Source of the DNA: an uncultured Actinomycetes bacterium
GTDB taxonomy: Bacteria > Actinomycetota > Thermoleophilia > Gaiellales > Gaiellaceae
Direction of reading: 5' to 3'
DNA length: 64,000 bases
NCBI GenBank assembly: GCA_963765795.1
Contig: CAVXXZ010000023.1
Location: forward strand, 8,031 to 72,030
Below the pieces are notes generated by a model that saw nothing but the letters and a program-made list of their open reading frames with translations, was not told the DNA's origin and searched no databases. Position 1 is the stretch's first letter. Every line of letters starts with the position of its first letter. Made by a program: the position numbers and the translations under genes. This document shows positions 20,958 through 30,509 of the stretch, piece by piece.

Positions 20958-22049
20958 GTGGACAAGCACGAAGCACTCGACGTGGCGCTCGGCCAGATCG
21001 AGCGGCAGTTCGGCAAGGGATCGGTCATGAAGATGAACGACCGCGCCGCGGTCTCTGTGGGCGCCGTCTCCACGGGCTCGCTCGCGCTCGATCTCGCGCT
21101 CGGGATCGGCGGCCTGCCGCGCGGCCGCATCGTCGAGATCTTCGGCCCCGAGTCCTCCGGCAAGACGACGCTCGTCTACCACGTGATCGCCGAGGCGCAG
21201 CGCCGGGGCGGCATCTGCGCCTTCATCGACGCCGAGCACGCGATGGACCCGGCGTACGCGAAACGGATCGGCGTCGACATCGACGACCTCCTCGTCTCGC
21301 AGCCGGACACGGGCGAGCAGGCGCTCGAGATCACGGAGCTCCTCATCCGCTCGGGCGCCCTCGACGTCGTGGCGATCGACTCGGTCGCGGCGCTGACGCC
21401 GAAGGCCGAGATCGAGGGCGAGATGGGGGACAGCCACGTCGGTCTGCAGGCGCGCCTCATGAGCCAGGCCCTGCGCAAGCTCGCCGGCACCCTCAACCGC
21501 ACCGACACGATCTGCCTCTTCACCAACCAGCTGCGCGAGAAGATCGGCGTCATGTTCGGGAACCCCGAGACGACGCCGGGCGGTCGCGCGCTGAAGTTCT
21601 ACTCGTCCGTGCGGCTCGACATCCGCCGCATCGAGACGCTCAAGGAGGGCGTCGAGGCGTTCGGGAACCGGGTGCGCGTCAAGGTCGTGAAGAACAAGGT
21701 CGCGCCGCCGTTCAAGCAGGCGGAGTTCGACATCATCTACGGCTCCGGCATCTCCTGGGAAGGCACGGTGCTCGACTCGGCGATCGACCGCAAGATCCTC
21801 ACGAAGTCGGGCTCGTACTTCAGCTTCGGCGACGAGCGGCTCGGCCAGGGCCGCCAGAACGCGACGGCCTTCCTGCGCGAGCACCCCGACGTCACGCAGC
21901 AGATCCTCCAGGCGATCCAGGTGGAGCTCGGCTCGGACCAGGTCGCGTCCGCGCGGCTGCTGCCGATCGCCGCCGAGGAGTCCGCGGCAGCGAACGGCAA
22001 GGCGGAGGTCGCGGCGGAGGCGCTCGCGTCGGCCGAAGCGGAGGCGTGA
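20958..22049 (+). CDS. recA: Recombinase RecA
   Basis: Unambiguous RecA sequence ([19 protein letters not shown]-type, [13 protein letters not shown]). An SD (GGAGGCTGAG) precedes the GTG start. Confidence 0.97.
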   Translation: MDKHEALDVALGQIERQFGKGSVMKMNDRAAVSVGAVSTGSLALDLALGIGGLPRGRIVEIFGPESSGKTTLVYHVIAEAQRRGGICAFIDAEHAMDPAYAKRIGVDIDDLLVSQPDTGEQALEITELLIRSGALDVVAIDSVAALTPKAEIEGEMGDSHVGLQARLMSQALRKLAGTLNRTDTICLFTNQLREKIGVMFGNPETTPGGRALKFYSSVRLDIRRIETLKEGVEAFGNRVRVKVVKNKVAPPFKQAEFDIIYGSGISWEGTVLDSAIDRKILTKSGSYFSFGDERLGQGRQNATAFLREHPDVTQQILQAIQVELGSDQVASARLLPIAAEESAAANGKAEVAAEALASAEAEA

Positions 22050-22645
22050 CCCCGGTCGTCACGGGTTTCGTCCGCGCTGCGCGAGCGGAAGCGCGGCCGG
22101 GTCGCCGTCGAGCTCGACGGCCGGCCGTGGCGTGTGTTGCCGACGGATGCCGTCGTGCGGGCTGGACTCACGGTCGGGCGCCCACTGGATCGGTCCACGG
22201 CACGGGAGCTCGCGCGCGGGGTCCGACGCGCGAAGGCGCTCGCAGCGGCCACGCGATCGCTCGCCGCGAGCGACCGCTCCGAGCGAGCTCTCGAGCAGCG
22301 GCTCGCGCGGGCTGGACATTCCGCCGCCGCGCGCGAGGACGCGATCGCGTCACTTGCCCGTGCCGGTGCGATCGACGACGCCCGCCTGGCAGAGAGCCGC
22401 GCCGAGCTGCTCGCGCGCCGCGGCTACGGGGACGCGGCGATCCGAGCCGACCTCCTGCGGCGCCTGATCGCCCCGGAGGTGGCGGCGAAGCGCCGTCGCC
22501 GCCCTCGAGCCCGAGCTCGAGCGGCTGCGGCGGGCGCTCGCGAACGAGAGCGTCACGCCGGCGCTTCTGCGGCGCCTGGCCGGGCGCGGCTTCTCGCGCG
22601 ACACGCTTGGACGAGGTCGCGTCGTCGTTTGCGCTCGAGGCCTGA
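22046..22645 (+). pseudogene. recX: RecA regulator RecX, three frameshifts
   Basis: The GTG overlaps the recA stop (GTGA). The readable path is VTPVVTGF | SALRERKRGRVAVELDGRPWRVLPTDAVVRAGL...RGYGDAAIRADLLRRLIAPEVA | AVAALEPELERLRRALANESVTPALLRRLAGRGFSRDT | LDEVASSFALEA*. The shifts are near 22070, 22490 and 22605. Confidence 0.75.
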
Positions 22646-22891
22646 GAAGCGGTAGGATCCTGGAGCATTCCATTCGACGTTTTGCCTGCAAAAGCAGCTT
22701 TTCCGAAACCGCATCCGATGATCAACCACTCAGTTCCGACGACTCGGAGGTCGCGCGCGAGGTAGCGCAGCGAGTTTCCGGCAGGTCCCTGCCTGCCGGA
22801 GATACGGCTTCTCGGATAGCTGCCGCGTAGGTCCGGCGCGGATGGGACGTGCCGCCGAAGGCGGCTGGGTCCCCGACCGAGGAGCCGGCAC

Positions 22892-24499
22892 ATGATCGGG
22901 ATCGGAATTGCCATCGGGATCGCCGGAGGCGCCGCCCTCGCCCTGCTCGCGGTCTCGGTCTTCGGCACCACCGGAGTCTCCAAAGCCCGCCGAATCCGCG
23001 ACCAGCTGCTGGACGACGCGCGTCGAGAGGGCGATGCAGTGCGGCGCGAGGCGCAGGTCGAGGCCCGCGAGCAGGCCGTCCGCCTGCGCAGCGAGATCGA
23101 CACCGAGCTCACCGACCGGCGCGAACAGGTGCTGAAGATCGAGGAGCGCGTCCTGGCGAAGGAGCTCGAGATCGAGCAGAGGCTCGAGGAGCTCTCACGC
23201 CGCGACCAGGGACTCGCCGACCGGGAAGAGCACATCCGCCAGCTGCAGGACGAGCTCAAGGAGACGAAGAACGCCCAGCTCGCCGAGCTCGAGCGCGTGG
23301 CGGCCCTGACGCAGGCCGAGGCGCGGGCGCTCCTGCTCGAGCGCGGAGAAGAGCAGGCGCGCCACGAGCTCGCGCGGCGCGTCCGGACGCTCGAAGACGA
23401 GGCGCGCGCGGAGTCGAAGCGCCGGGCGCGCAACCTCGTTGCCGACGCGTTGCAGCGCGTCGCGGCGAGTCACACCGCTGAGACCACCGTCACGGTCGTG
23501 GAGCTCCCCTCCGACGACATGAAGGGCCGGATCATCGGGCGGGAGGGTCGCAACATCCGGTCGCTCGAGCACCTGACCGGTGTGGACTTCATCGTCGACG
23601 ACACGCCGCATGCGGTCGTCCTCTCCTCGTTCGACGGGCTCCGGCGAGAGGTCGCGCGCCTGACCGTCACGAAGCTCCTCGAGGACGGCCGGATCCACCC
23701 GGCGCGGATCGAGGAGACGTACTACGAGTCGAAGGCCGAGGTCGAGGAGGTCGTCCGCCAGGCGGGCGAGCAGGCGGTCTTCGAGGCGAACTGCGGGCCC
23801 TTCCCCGACGAGCTCGTCCAGATCCTCGGCCGGCTCCGCTTCCGGACGAGCTACGGCCAGAACGTCCTCAAGCACACGCTCGAGGTCGTGCATCTCGCAG
23901 GGATCATGGCGACCGAGCTCCAGGCAAGCGTCCAGACGGCGAAGCGCGCGGCGATGCTGCACGACCTCGGCAAGGCCATGACGCACGAGGTGGAGGGCTC
24001 GCACGCGCTCATCTCCGCCCAGCTCGCGCGTCGCTACGGCGAGTCCCAGGGAGTCGTCCACGCGATCGAGGCGCACCACTACGAGGTACAACCGCAAACG
24101 GTGGAGGCCGTCCTCCTGATCGCGGCGGACGCCGTCTCGGCAAGCCGGCCCGGCGCGCGCGGCGAGAGCCTCGAGGCCTACATCAAGCGCCTCGAGGCGC
24201 TCGAGGAGCTCGCGGCCTCCAAGCGGGGCGTCGAGAAGGTCTACGCGCTCCAGGCCGGACGCGAGATCAGGGTCATCGTCAGCCCGGGCGACGTCGGCGA
24301 CGACGAGGCGGCGCTCCTCGCCCACGAGATCGCGCGCGAGATCGAGGACCGGCTCGAGTACCCCGGCCAGGTGAAGGTGACCGTGATCCGGGAGAGCCGC
24401 GCGGTCGAAGTGGCGAAGAACCACGCGTCGACGACAGCGCCTCCGCCGGCGCACGAGCAGCCGGAGCCGGCAGCCGACTCGCCGATCCAGGCAGCGTGA
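22892..24499 (+). CDS. rny: Ribonuclease Y
   Basis: N-terminal TM helix, coiled coil, KH domain (GRIIGREGRNIRSLE) and HD domain (HDLGKAMTHE). Confidence 0.92.
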   Translation: MIGIGIAIGIAGGAALALLAVSVFGTTGVSKARRIRDQLLDDARREGDAVRREAQVEAREQAVRLRSEIDTELTDRREQVLKIEERVLAKELEIEQRLEELSRRDQGLADREEHIRQLQDELKETKNAQLAELERVAALTQAEARALLLERGEEQARHELARRVRTLEDEARAESKRRARNLVADALQRVAASHTAETTVTVVELPSDDMKGRIIGREGRNIRSLEHLTGVDFIVDDTPHAVVLSSFDGLRREVARLTVTKLLEDGRIHPARIEETYYESKAEVEEVVRQAGEQAVFEANCGPFPDELVQILGRLRFRTSYGQNVLKHTLEVVHLAGIMATELQASVQTAKRAAMLHDLGKAMTHEVEGSHALISAQLARRYGESQGVVHAIEAHHYEVQPQTVEAVLLIAADAVSASRPGARGESLEAYIKRLEALEELAASKRGVEKVYALQAGREIRVIVSPGDVGDDEAALLAHEIAREIEDRLEYPGQVKVTVIRESRAVEVAKNHASTTAPPPAHEQPEPAADSPIQAA

Positions 24500-24924
24500 T
24501 GTCGAACGTCTGGGACGAGGTCCCCGACTGGGGCGGCGTCGGAGCCCTCCGTCTCGACCGCCCCGAGGCCTGCGCGCTCGGCGCCTCGGTCTGGGAGCTC
24601 CAACCGGGCGGCGAGAACTGGAACCACCTCCACCACGGCAGCGAGGAGATGATCGTCGTCCTCCGCGGCACGCCGACGCTGCGGACACCCAAAGGCGAGC
24701 GCGTCCTCGCCGAGGGCGACGTCGTCGTCTTCCCGCGCGGGCCCGAGGGCGCGAAGGAAGTCCGGAACGAGTCGGACACGCCTGCGCGCGTGCTCATCGT
24801 GTCCACGAACGCCGACCCGGACGTGACGGAGTACCCGGACACCGGCAAGGTGGGCCACATCGTCGGCGGCGAGCTGCGCGTGCACCGCGCCGCGGACGCC
24901 GTCGAGCACGCAGGGCCTGAGTAG
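24496..24924 (+). CDS. Cupin domain protein
   Basis: A single cupin barrel (HLHHGSEEMIVVLRGTPTL...GDVVVFPRG). The start overlaps the rny stop. Confidence 0.6.
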   Translation: MMSNVWDEVPDWGGVGALRLDRPEACALGASVWELQPGGENWNHLHHGSEEMIVVLRGTPTLRTPKGERVLAEGDVVVFPRGPEGAKEVRNESDTPARVLIVSTNADPDVTEYPDTGKVGHIVGGELRVHRAADAVEHAGPE

Positions 24925-24945
24925 CAACGGGGCTACCCTTCCGCC

Positions 24946-26262
24946 GTGCGCCGCTACTACGTCACGACGTTCGGCTGCCAGATGAACGCGCACGACTCCG
25001 AGCGCATCAAAGGACTGCTCGAAGAGCTCGGGCTCGGCGAGGCGGCTTCGCAGGCCGAGGCGGACGTGATCGTCCTCAATACCTGCACGATCCGCGAGAA
25101 GCCCGACACGCGCTTCGCCGCCCACATGGGCAATGCGGCGAAGCTGAAGCGCGAGCGGCCGGGGACGGTCGTCGCCGTCGGCGGCTGCTACGCGGAGGCG
25201 CAGCGGGAGCGGCTGTTCGAGCTCTACCCGGACGTGGACGTCGCGTTCGGGCCCGGCACGATCTCGCACCTCGGCGACTGGCTCGGCGCCGGCGGCGAGG
25301 GCGTCGCTCGCGGCGCGTTCGGCACCGGCGAGGAGCGCGCCTTCGCAGCGAAGCTTCCAGTCCGGCGCGAGCGGCGCTTCCAGGCCTGGGTGCAGGTCTC
25401 GATGGGCTGTAACTCGGTCTGCTCGTACTGCATCGTGCCGGCCGTCCGTGGCCGCGAGACCTCCCGGCGTCCGGGCGAGGTCCTCGCGGAGGTCGAACGG
25501 CTCGCAGTGGAGGGCGTCCGCGAGGTGACGCTGCTCGGCCAGAACGTCAACTCCTACGGTCGCGACGTGGGTTCGAGCTTCGCGGAGCTCCTGCGCGCGG
25601 TCGATGCCGTCCCCGGGATCGAGCGGATCCGCTTCACGAGCCCGCACCCGAAGGACTTCCGCCGCGATGTCATCGCCGCGATGGCGGAGTGTGCCGCGGT
25701 CTGCGAGCACGCGCACCTGCCGCTCCAGTCCGGGTCGAGCCGGATCCTCAAGGCGATGCGGCGGACGTACTCGCGCGAGCGCTACCTGCGTCTGGTGGCG
25801 GAGCTTCGGGCCGCGATCCCGGACCTCGCGCTCACGACCGACATCATCGTCGGCTTCCCGGGCGAGACCGAGGACGACTTCCGCGAGACGCTCGAGGTCG
25901 TGGAGGAGGTCGGCTACGACGGCGCCTTCACGTTCGTCTACTCCCCGCGCGCCGGCACCGAGGCCGCCGCGATGCCGGAGCAGTTGCCCGACGAGCTGAA
26001 GCGCGAGCGCATAGAGCAGCTGGTAGAGGTCGTGCAGCGGGTCGCCGCGGAGCGGAACGCGGGCCGCGTCGGGATGGTCGAGGAGGTGCTCGTCGAAGGC
26101 CCCAGCCGGACCGAGCCCGAGCTCCTGCGCGGCCGGACACGCCGGAACACCACGGTCAACTTCAGCGGCGACGCCGCTCCGGGCGAGCTCGCCTCGGTCG
26201 CGATCGCGGGTGCGACCTCGACGACGCTGCGCGGTACTCACCTTGCGGCAGCCGCAGCCTAG
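24946..26262 (+). CDS. miaB: tRNA (N6-isopentenyl-A37) methylthiotransferase MiaB
   Basis: UPF0004 N-domain, radical-SAM CxxxCxxC (GCNSVCSYCIVP) and a TRAM C-terminus. Confidence 0.9.
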   Translation: MRRYYVTTFGCQMNAHDSERIKGLLEELGLGEAASQAEADVIVLNTCTIREKPDTRFAAHMGNAAKLKRERPGTVVAVGGCYAEAQRERLFELYPDVDVAFGPGTISHLGDWLGAGGEGVARGAFGTGEERAFAAKLPVRRERRFQAWVQVSMGCNSVCSYCIVPAVRGRETSRRPGEVLAEVERLAVEGVREVTLLGQNVNSYGRDVGSSFAELLRAVDAVPGIERIRFTSPHPKDFRRDVIAAMAECAAVCEHAHLPLQSGSSRILKAMRRTYSRERYLRLVAELRAAIPDLALTTDIIVGFPGETEDDFRETLEVVEEVGYDGAFTFVYSPRAGTEAAAMPEQLPDELKRERIEQLVEVVQRVAAERNAGRVGMVEEVLVEGPSRTEPELLRGRTRRNTTVNFSGDAAPGELASVAIAGATSTTLRGTHLAAAAA

Positions 26263-27007
26263 AGACCTCGTCTGGGACGGCTGTCTCAACGTCCGCGAGC
26301 TCGGCGGCCTACCCACGCACGAGGGCGGTGAGACCCGGTTCGGCGCCGTCGTGCGGGCCGACAGCGTCCGCCAGCTGAGCGAGGAGGGGTGGCAGGCGCT
26401 CGTCGACCACGGCGTTCGAACCGTGATCGACCTTCGCGGTGACCAGGAGCGGACTGAGGATGCGCCGGCGGAGCTCCCGGTCGAGGTCGTGCACGTCCCG
26501 TTCATGGAGGCGAGCGAGGCCGAGTGGGACGAGATCGCCGAGGAGCTCGACGCCGCGGTCGCAGCCGCCCCAGACGTAACGACCTCGACTCGGGACGTGT
26601 ACCTGGTCTTCCTCGAGCGCTTCAGGTCGAACGTGGCCGCGGCCGTTCGCGCGGTCGCCAGCGCGCCGGCAGGCGGTGTCGTCATCCACTGCGCGGGCGG
26701 CAAGGACCGCACTGGCCTTCTGTCTGCGTTTCTCCTCCACGTCGCTGGTGTCGACGACGAGGAGATTGCGGCGGATTACGCGCTGAGCGAAGAGCGGCTG
26801 CGACCTCGGCACGAGGGGTGGTTCGCGGCAGCTGAGAGCGAAGAGGAGCTCGAGCGGCTCCGGCGGATCGCGCAGACGCCCGCAGCCTCGATGACGGGGG
26901 TGTTCGCCGAGCTCGAGCGCCGCTACGGCGGCGTGGAACAGTACCTCCGCGGGGCCGACGTGACAGACGAGGAGCTCGGGCTCGTCCGCGCGCGCCTTCG
27001 TGGCTGA
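26210..27007 (+). CDS. Protein-tyrosine phosphatase family protein (CX5R)
   Basis: P-loop HCAGGKDRTG. The start is uncertain: the longest ORF overlaps miaB by 53 nt, and TTG 26243 is an alternative. Confidence 0.7.
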   Translation: MRPRRRCAVLTLRQPQPRDLVWDGCLNVRELGGLPTHEGGETRFGAVVRADSVRQLSEEGWQALVDHGVRTVIDLRGDQERTEDAPAELPVEVVHVPFMEASEAEWDEIAEELDAAVAAAPDVTTSTRDVYLVFLERFRSNVAAAVRAVASAPAGGVVIHCAGGKDRTGLLSAFLLHVAGVDDEEIAADYALSEERLRPRHEGWFAAAESEEELERLRRIAQTPAASMTGVFAELERRYGGVEQYLRGADVTDEELGLVRARLRG

Positions 27008-27899
27008 GCATGTCATCGGCCTCTTCGGGCCGACAGCAAGCGGGAAGTCGGACGTCGCAGCGGCGGTTGCCACGCTGATCCCCGCCGACGTCGTCTCGGC
27101 TGACGCGATGCAGGTCTACGACGCTCTGCCGATCCTCACGAACCGCTCGCCCCATCCGGAGCGACTGGTGGGCATCTGGCCGCTCTCGCACGTCGCGTCG
27201 GTGGGCGAGTACGCGCCGCTCGCGCACGCGGCCGTCGACGAGATCGTCGAGGCCGGGAGGACGCCGCTCGTCGTTGGCGGGACGGGCCTCTACTTCCGGG
27301 CCGCTCTCGCCGAGCTCGAGCTGCCGCCCGCACCCGCGCCCGGCGCGCGCGAACGGTGGGAACGGCTCTACGAGGAGGCGGGGCCGGACGCGGCACACAC
27401 CCGACTCCGCGAACTCGACGCAGCGGCCGCGACGCGAATCCATCCCAACGACCGCCGCCGTGTCGTCCGGGCGCTCGAGCTCGCGGAGGCGGGACGGTCG
27501 CTCGTACCGCGCCGGGAGAGCCTGTTCGGCGGCGCCTGGCGGCATCCGACCCTCCTCGTGGGGCTCGACGTGCCAAAGCCCGAGCTCGACCGGAGGATTG
27601 CGGAACGGACGCGACGAATGTTCGAGGCTGGGGTCGAGGAGGAGGTGCGCAACGCGCTGGTCGCCGAGCCGTCCGCGACCGCCAGCAAGATCATCGGCCT
27701 CCACGAGGTGGCGACGCTGCCGCGCCAGAAGGCGATCGAGGCGCTGATCGTGCGCACCCGGCGCTACGCCGCGTACCAGCGCAAGTGGCTGCGGCGCCTC
27801 GAAGGGCTCGTTATCGTCGCGGCGGACCGGCCGCCGGAGGAGACCGCTGCTGAGATCGTCGCGCTGGCACGCACACGGGAACGTCTACCTAGTCTATGA
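27000..27899 (+). CDS. miaA: tRNA dimethylallyltransferase MiaA
   Basis: P-loop GPTASGKS, plus SADAMQVY and NDRRRVVRALE. Confidence 0.9.
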   Translation: MAEHVIGLFGPTASGKSDVAAAVATLIPADVVSADAMQVYDALPILTNRSPHPERLVGIWPLSHVASVGEYAPLAHAAVDEIVEAGRTPLVVGGTGLYFRAALAELELPPAPAPGARERWERLYEEAGPDAAHTRLRELDAAAATRIHPNDRRRVVRALELAEAGRSLVPRRESLFGGAWRHPTLLVGLDVPKPELDRRIAERTRRMFEAGVEEEVRNALVAEPSATASKIIGLHEVATLPRQKAIEALIVRTRRYAAYQRKWLRRLEGLVIVAADRPPEETAAEIVALARTRERLPSL

Positions 27900-27939
27900 A
27901 GGCCCGGCGGGCGGCCTCGACCTGTCCGGCACGGACGGC

Positions 27940-28566
27940 GTGGTCGAGGTGCTGTCGGTCGACGGCGACGACGTGACGATCGGCATCGTCAACCCGGACG
28001 GTTCGCGCGCCGAGATGTCCGGCAACGGGACGCGCATCGCGGCCGCCTGGCTCATGAGCCGCAGCGGCTCGTCGCAGGCTCGCGTCCACATCGGGCCCCG
28101 AACCGTGGCGGTGAAGCGGACGGAGGACGGCCTCTACGAGTCGGAGCTGGGGCCGGTGGAGGTGGGGACGACCGAGGTGGTGGACGGCGTCGAGCTGACT
28201 CCGGTCTCGGTCGGCAACCCTCATGCAGTCGTGGTCGGGGATCCGGCGCGGATCGGCGAGCTCGGCCCGCGCCTCGAGGGGCATCCGCGCTTCCCGGCGC
28301 GGACGAACGTCCAGGTCGTCCGCATCGAGCGACCCGGCGAGGTCACGGCACGCGTCTGGGAACGTGGCGTGGGGGAGACGGCGGCTTCGGGGACGAGCGC
28401 GGTCGCGGTCGCGGCTGCGACGAACCCCGACGGCGAGGTCCTCGTGCACTTCCCTGGCGGCGACTTGCGAGTGCGACTCGAGGAAGGCCGGGCCTGGCTC
28501 ACGGGGCCGGCGGAGCCGCTCGACGAAGTGCCGGTGCCCGGCCGGGAAGCCGATACGGACCGGTAA
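27940..28566 (+). CDS. dapF: Diaminopimelate epimerase-like protein, N-terminally truncated and lacking both catalytic cysteines
   Basis: It aligns to DapF blocks (NPDGSRAEMSGNG, SVGNPHAVV, HPRFPARTNV, WERGVGETAASGTS). The positions of E. coli Cys73 and Cys217 are both Ser. There is no GNDF N-terminal strand. An ATG at 27896 overlaps the miaA stop (ATGA) but is out of frame. Confidence 0.7.
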   Translation: MVEVLSVDGDDVTIGIVNPDGSRAEMSGNGTRIAAAWLMSRSGSSQARVHIGPRTVAVKRTEDGLYESELGPVEVGTTEVVDGVELTPVSVGNPHAVVVGDPARIGELGPRLEGHPRFPARTNVQVVRIERPGEVTARVWERGVGETAASGTSAVAVAAATNPDGEVLVHFPGGDLRVRLEEGRAWLTGPAEPLDEVPVPGREADTDR

Positions 28567-28662
28567 CGGGTTCGCCGATATCCTCGCCTCCGAGGGCGGA
28601 GGGAGAGCTACCCCGCCCTTTGGGTGGGGGCGTGGGCCGACTCACGATTGGTCACGAGAGGG

Positions 28663-29409
28663 TCAGGAGCCGATCTCGAACTCGCGCAGGACGTCGTTGA
28701 GGCTCGTCTTGAGATCCGTCTTCTCGCTCCGCCACCCGACGACGAGGGCGCAGGCCACCTCCCACGTCCCGGCCGGAAACTCCTTGGGCCGCGTGCCCGG
28801 CACGACCACCGCCCGCGGCGGCACGTAACCCCGATGCTCGACCGGCTCCGGCCCCGTGACGTCGATGACGGGCACGGAGCCGGTCAGCGAGACGTTCGGC
28901 GCCAGCACCGCCTGCTCGCCGATCACGACGCCCTCCGTGAGGATGCAACGCGAGCCGACGAAGGCTCCGTCCTCGACGATCACCGGCCGCGCCTGCAGCG
29001 GCTCCAGGACCCCGCCGACCCCGACGCCGCCGGCGAGATGCACGTCGGCCCCGATCTGCGCGCACGAGCCGACCGTGGCCCATGTGTCGACCATCGTGTT
29101 CGGGCCGACCCAGGCGCCGATGTTGACGTAGCTCGGCATCAGGATCACGCCCGGCGAGAGGAACGAGCCGTAGCGCGCCGTCGCGGGCGGCACGACGCGC
29201 ACTCCGCGCTCGGCGTGGTCATGCTTGAGCGGGATCTTGTCGAGGTACTCGAACGGGCCGACCTCGATCGGCTCGACCTTCCGCATCCGGAAGTACTCGA
29301 GGATCGCCGACTTCGCCTCCTCGTTCACGCGCCAGTCGCCGTCGACCTTCTCCGCGACCCGCACCTCGCCGCGATCGAGCGCCGCGATCGTGCCTTCGAC
29401 GTCCATCAA
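28663..29409 (-). CDS. dapD: 2,3,4,5-tetrahydropyridine-2,6-dicarboxylate N-succinyltransferase
   Basis: Hexapeptide-repeat LbH body with a DapD-type N-terminus (...AKSAILEYFR...GVRVVPPATARYGSFL..GVILMPSYVNIGAWV). Confidence 0.85.
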   Translation of the reverse strand: MMDVEGTIAALDRGEVRVAEKVDGDWRVNEEAKSAILEYFRMRKVEPIEVGPFEYLDKIPLKHDHAERGVRVVPPATARYGSFLSPGVILMPSYVNIGAWVGPNTMVDTWATVGSCAQIGADVHLAGGVGVGGVLEPLQARPVIVEDGAFVGSRCILTEGVVIGEQAVLAPNVSLTGSVPVIDVTGPEPVEHRGYVPPRAVVVPGTRPKEFPAGTWEVACALVVGWRSEKTDLKTSLNDVLREFEIGS

Positions 29410-30509
29410 GTGACCTCCCGCAGGATCTCAGCCGCCCGTTCGCACTCCTCCAGCGTCGGCACGAGCGCGAAGCGGACGTAGCCCTCGCCGCTCGGGCCGA
29501 ACATCTCGCCCGGAGAGACGATCAGCCCGCGCTCGAGCAGCACGTCGGGGTCGGGCCCGACGACCCAGAGGTACATCGTCGCCTCGCTCGCCACGATCTC
29601 CCAGCCGCGCGCCTCGATCGCAGGGATCAGCACATCCCGCTTCGCGCGGTAGCGCGCACGGGTCTCCTCGACGTGACGCTCGTCGTTCCAGGCCGCGACG
29701 GAGGCCCGCTGTACGAACTCCTGCGGCGCTGTCCCCACGGTCGGACGGTACGCCTTCAGTGCCGCGACGATCTCGGGCGGGCCGGCGACGAAACCGGAGC
29801 GGTAGCCCGTCATCGACGAGCGCTTGCTCAGCGTCTGGAAGACGACGATGCGCGAGCGATCGGCCGCCTGGAGCGCCGACGGCGGCGGATCGTCGAACCA
29901 GAGCTCCGTGTACGCCTCGTCCGAGCCCACCACGAAGTCCTGGCGCTCCGCCGCCTCCGCGAGCTCGTCGTAGAACTCGCGCGGCGCGACCGCGCCGGTC
30001 GGGTTGTGCGGGTAGTTGACCCAGACGAGCGCGACGTCGTCGTCGAGCTCCGCGAGATCCGGCAGGAAGCCGTTCTCGCGGCGCAGCGGCAGCGTCTGCA
30101 CCCGAGCTCCGGCGAAGAGCGCGCCGCGCTCGTACACCGGGTACGCCGGCTCGCCGAACGCCACCACGCGCCCGCCGGTTCCGAGCACCTGCGCGAGCGA
30201 GAAGATCGCCTCCTTCGAGCCGTACGTCGGCACGATCTCCGTGTCGGGGTCGACCGCGACGCCGAAGCGCCGCTCGAGCCAGCCGGACGCCGCCTCGCGC
30301 AGCTCGGGCAGGCCCTGTGCGAGGGGATACGGCGCCCGTTCCGGCAGCGCCTCGACGAGCGCCTGGCGGATCAGCGGGTCGGTTGGCTCGTTCGGATCGC
30401 CCTTGCCGAAGTCGATCACGTCCACGCCGGCCGCCAGAAGCCTCCTCCGCTCCTCCTCGAGCCGCGTGAACGGGTACACGGCCATCTCGGCCAGCACAGG
30501 GTTGATCAC
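29406..30509 (-). CDS. dapC: Class I/II aminotransferase, probably succinyldiaminopimelate aminotransferase
   Basis: PLP aminotransferase fold (NPHNPTG, SKRSSMTGYRSG). It lies between dapD and dapE, with overlapping stops and starts. Confidence 0.75.
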   Translation of the reverse strand: MINPVLAEMAVYPFTRLEEERRRLLAAGVDVIDFGKGDPNEPTDPLIRQALVEALPERAPYPLAQGLPELREAASGWLERRFGVAVDPDTEIVPTYGSKEAIFSLAQVLGTGGRVVAFGEPAYPVYERGALFAGARVQTLPLRRENGFLPDLAELDDDVALVWVNYPHNPTGAVAPREFYDELAEAAERQDFVVGSDEAYTELWFDDPPPSALQAADRSRIVVFQTLSKRSSMTGYRSGFVAGPPEIVAALKAYRPTVGTAPQEFVQRASVAAWNDERHVEETRARYRAKRDVLIPAIEARGWEIVASEATMYLWVVGPDPDVLLERGLIVSPGEMFGPSGEGYVRFALVPTLEECERAAEILREVT

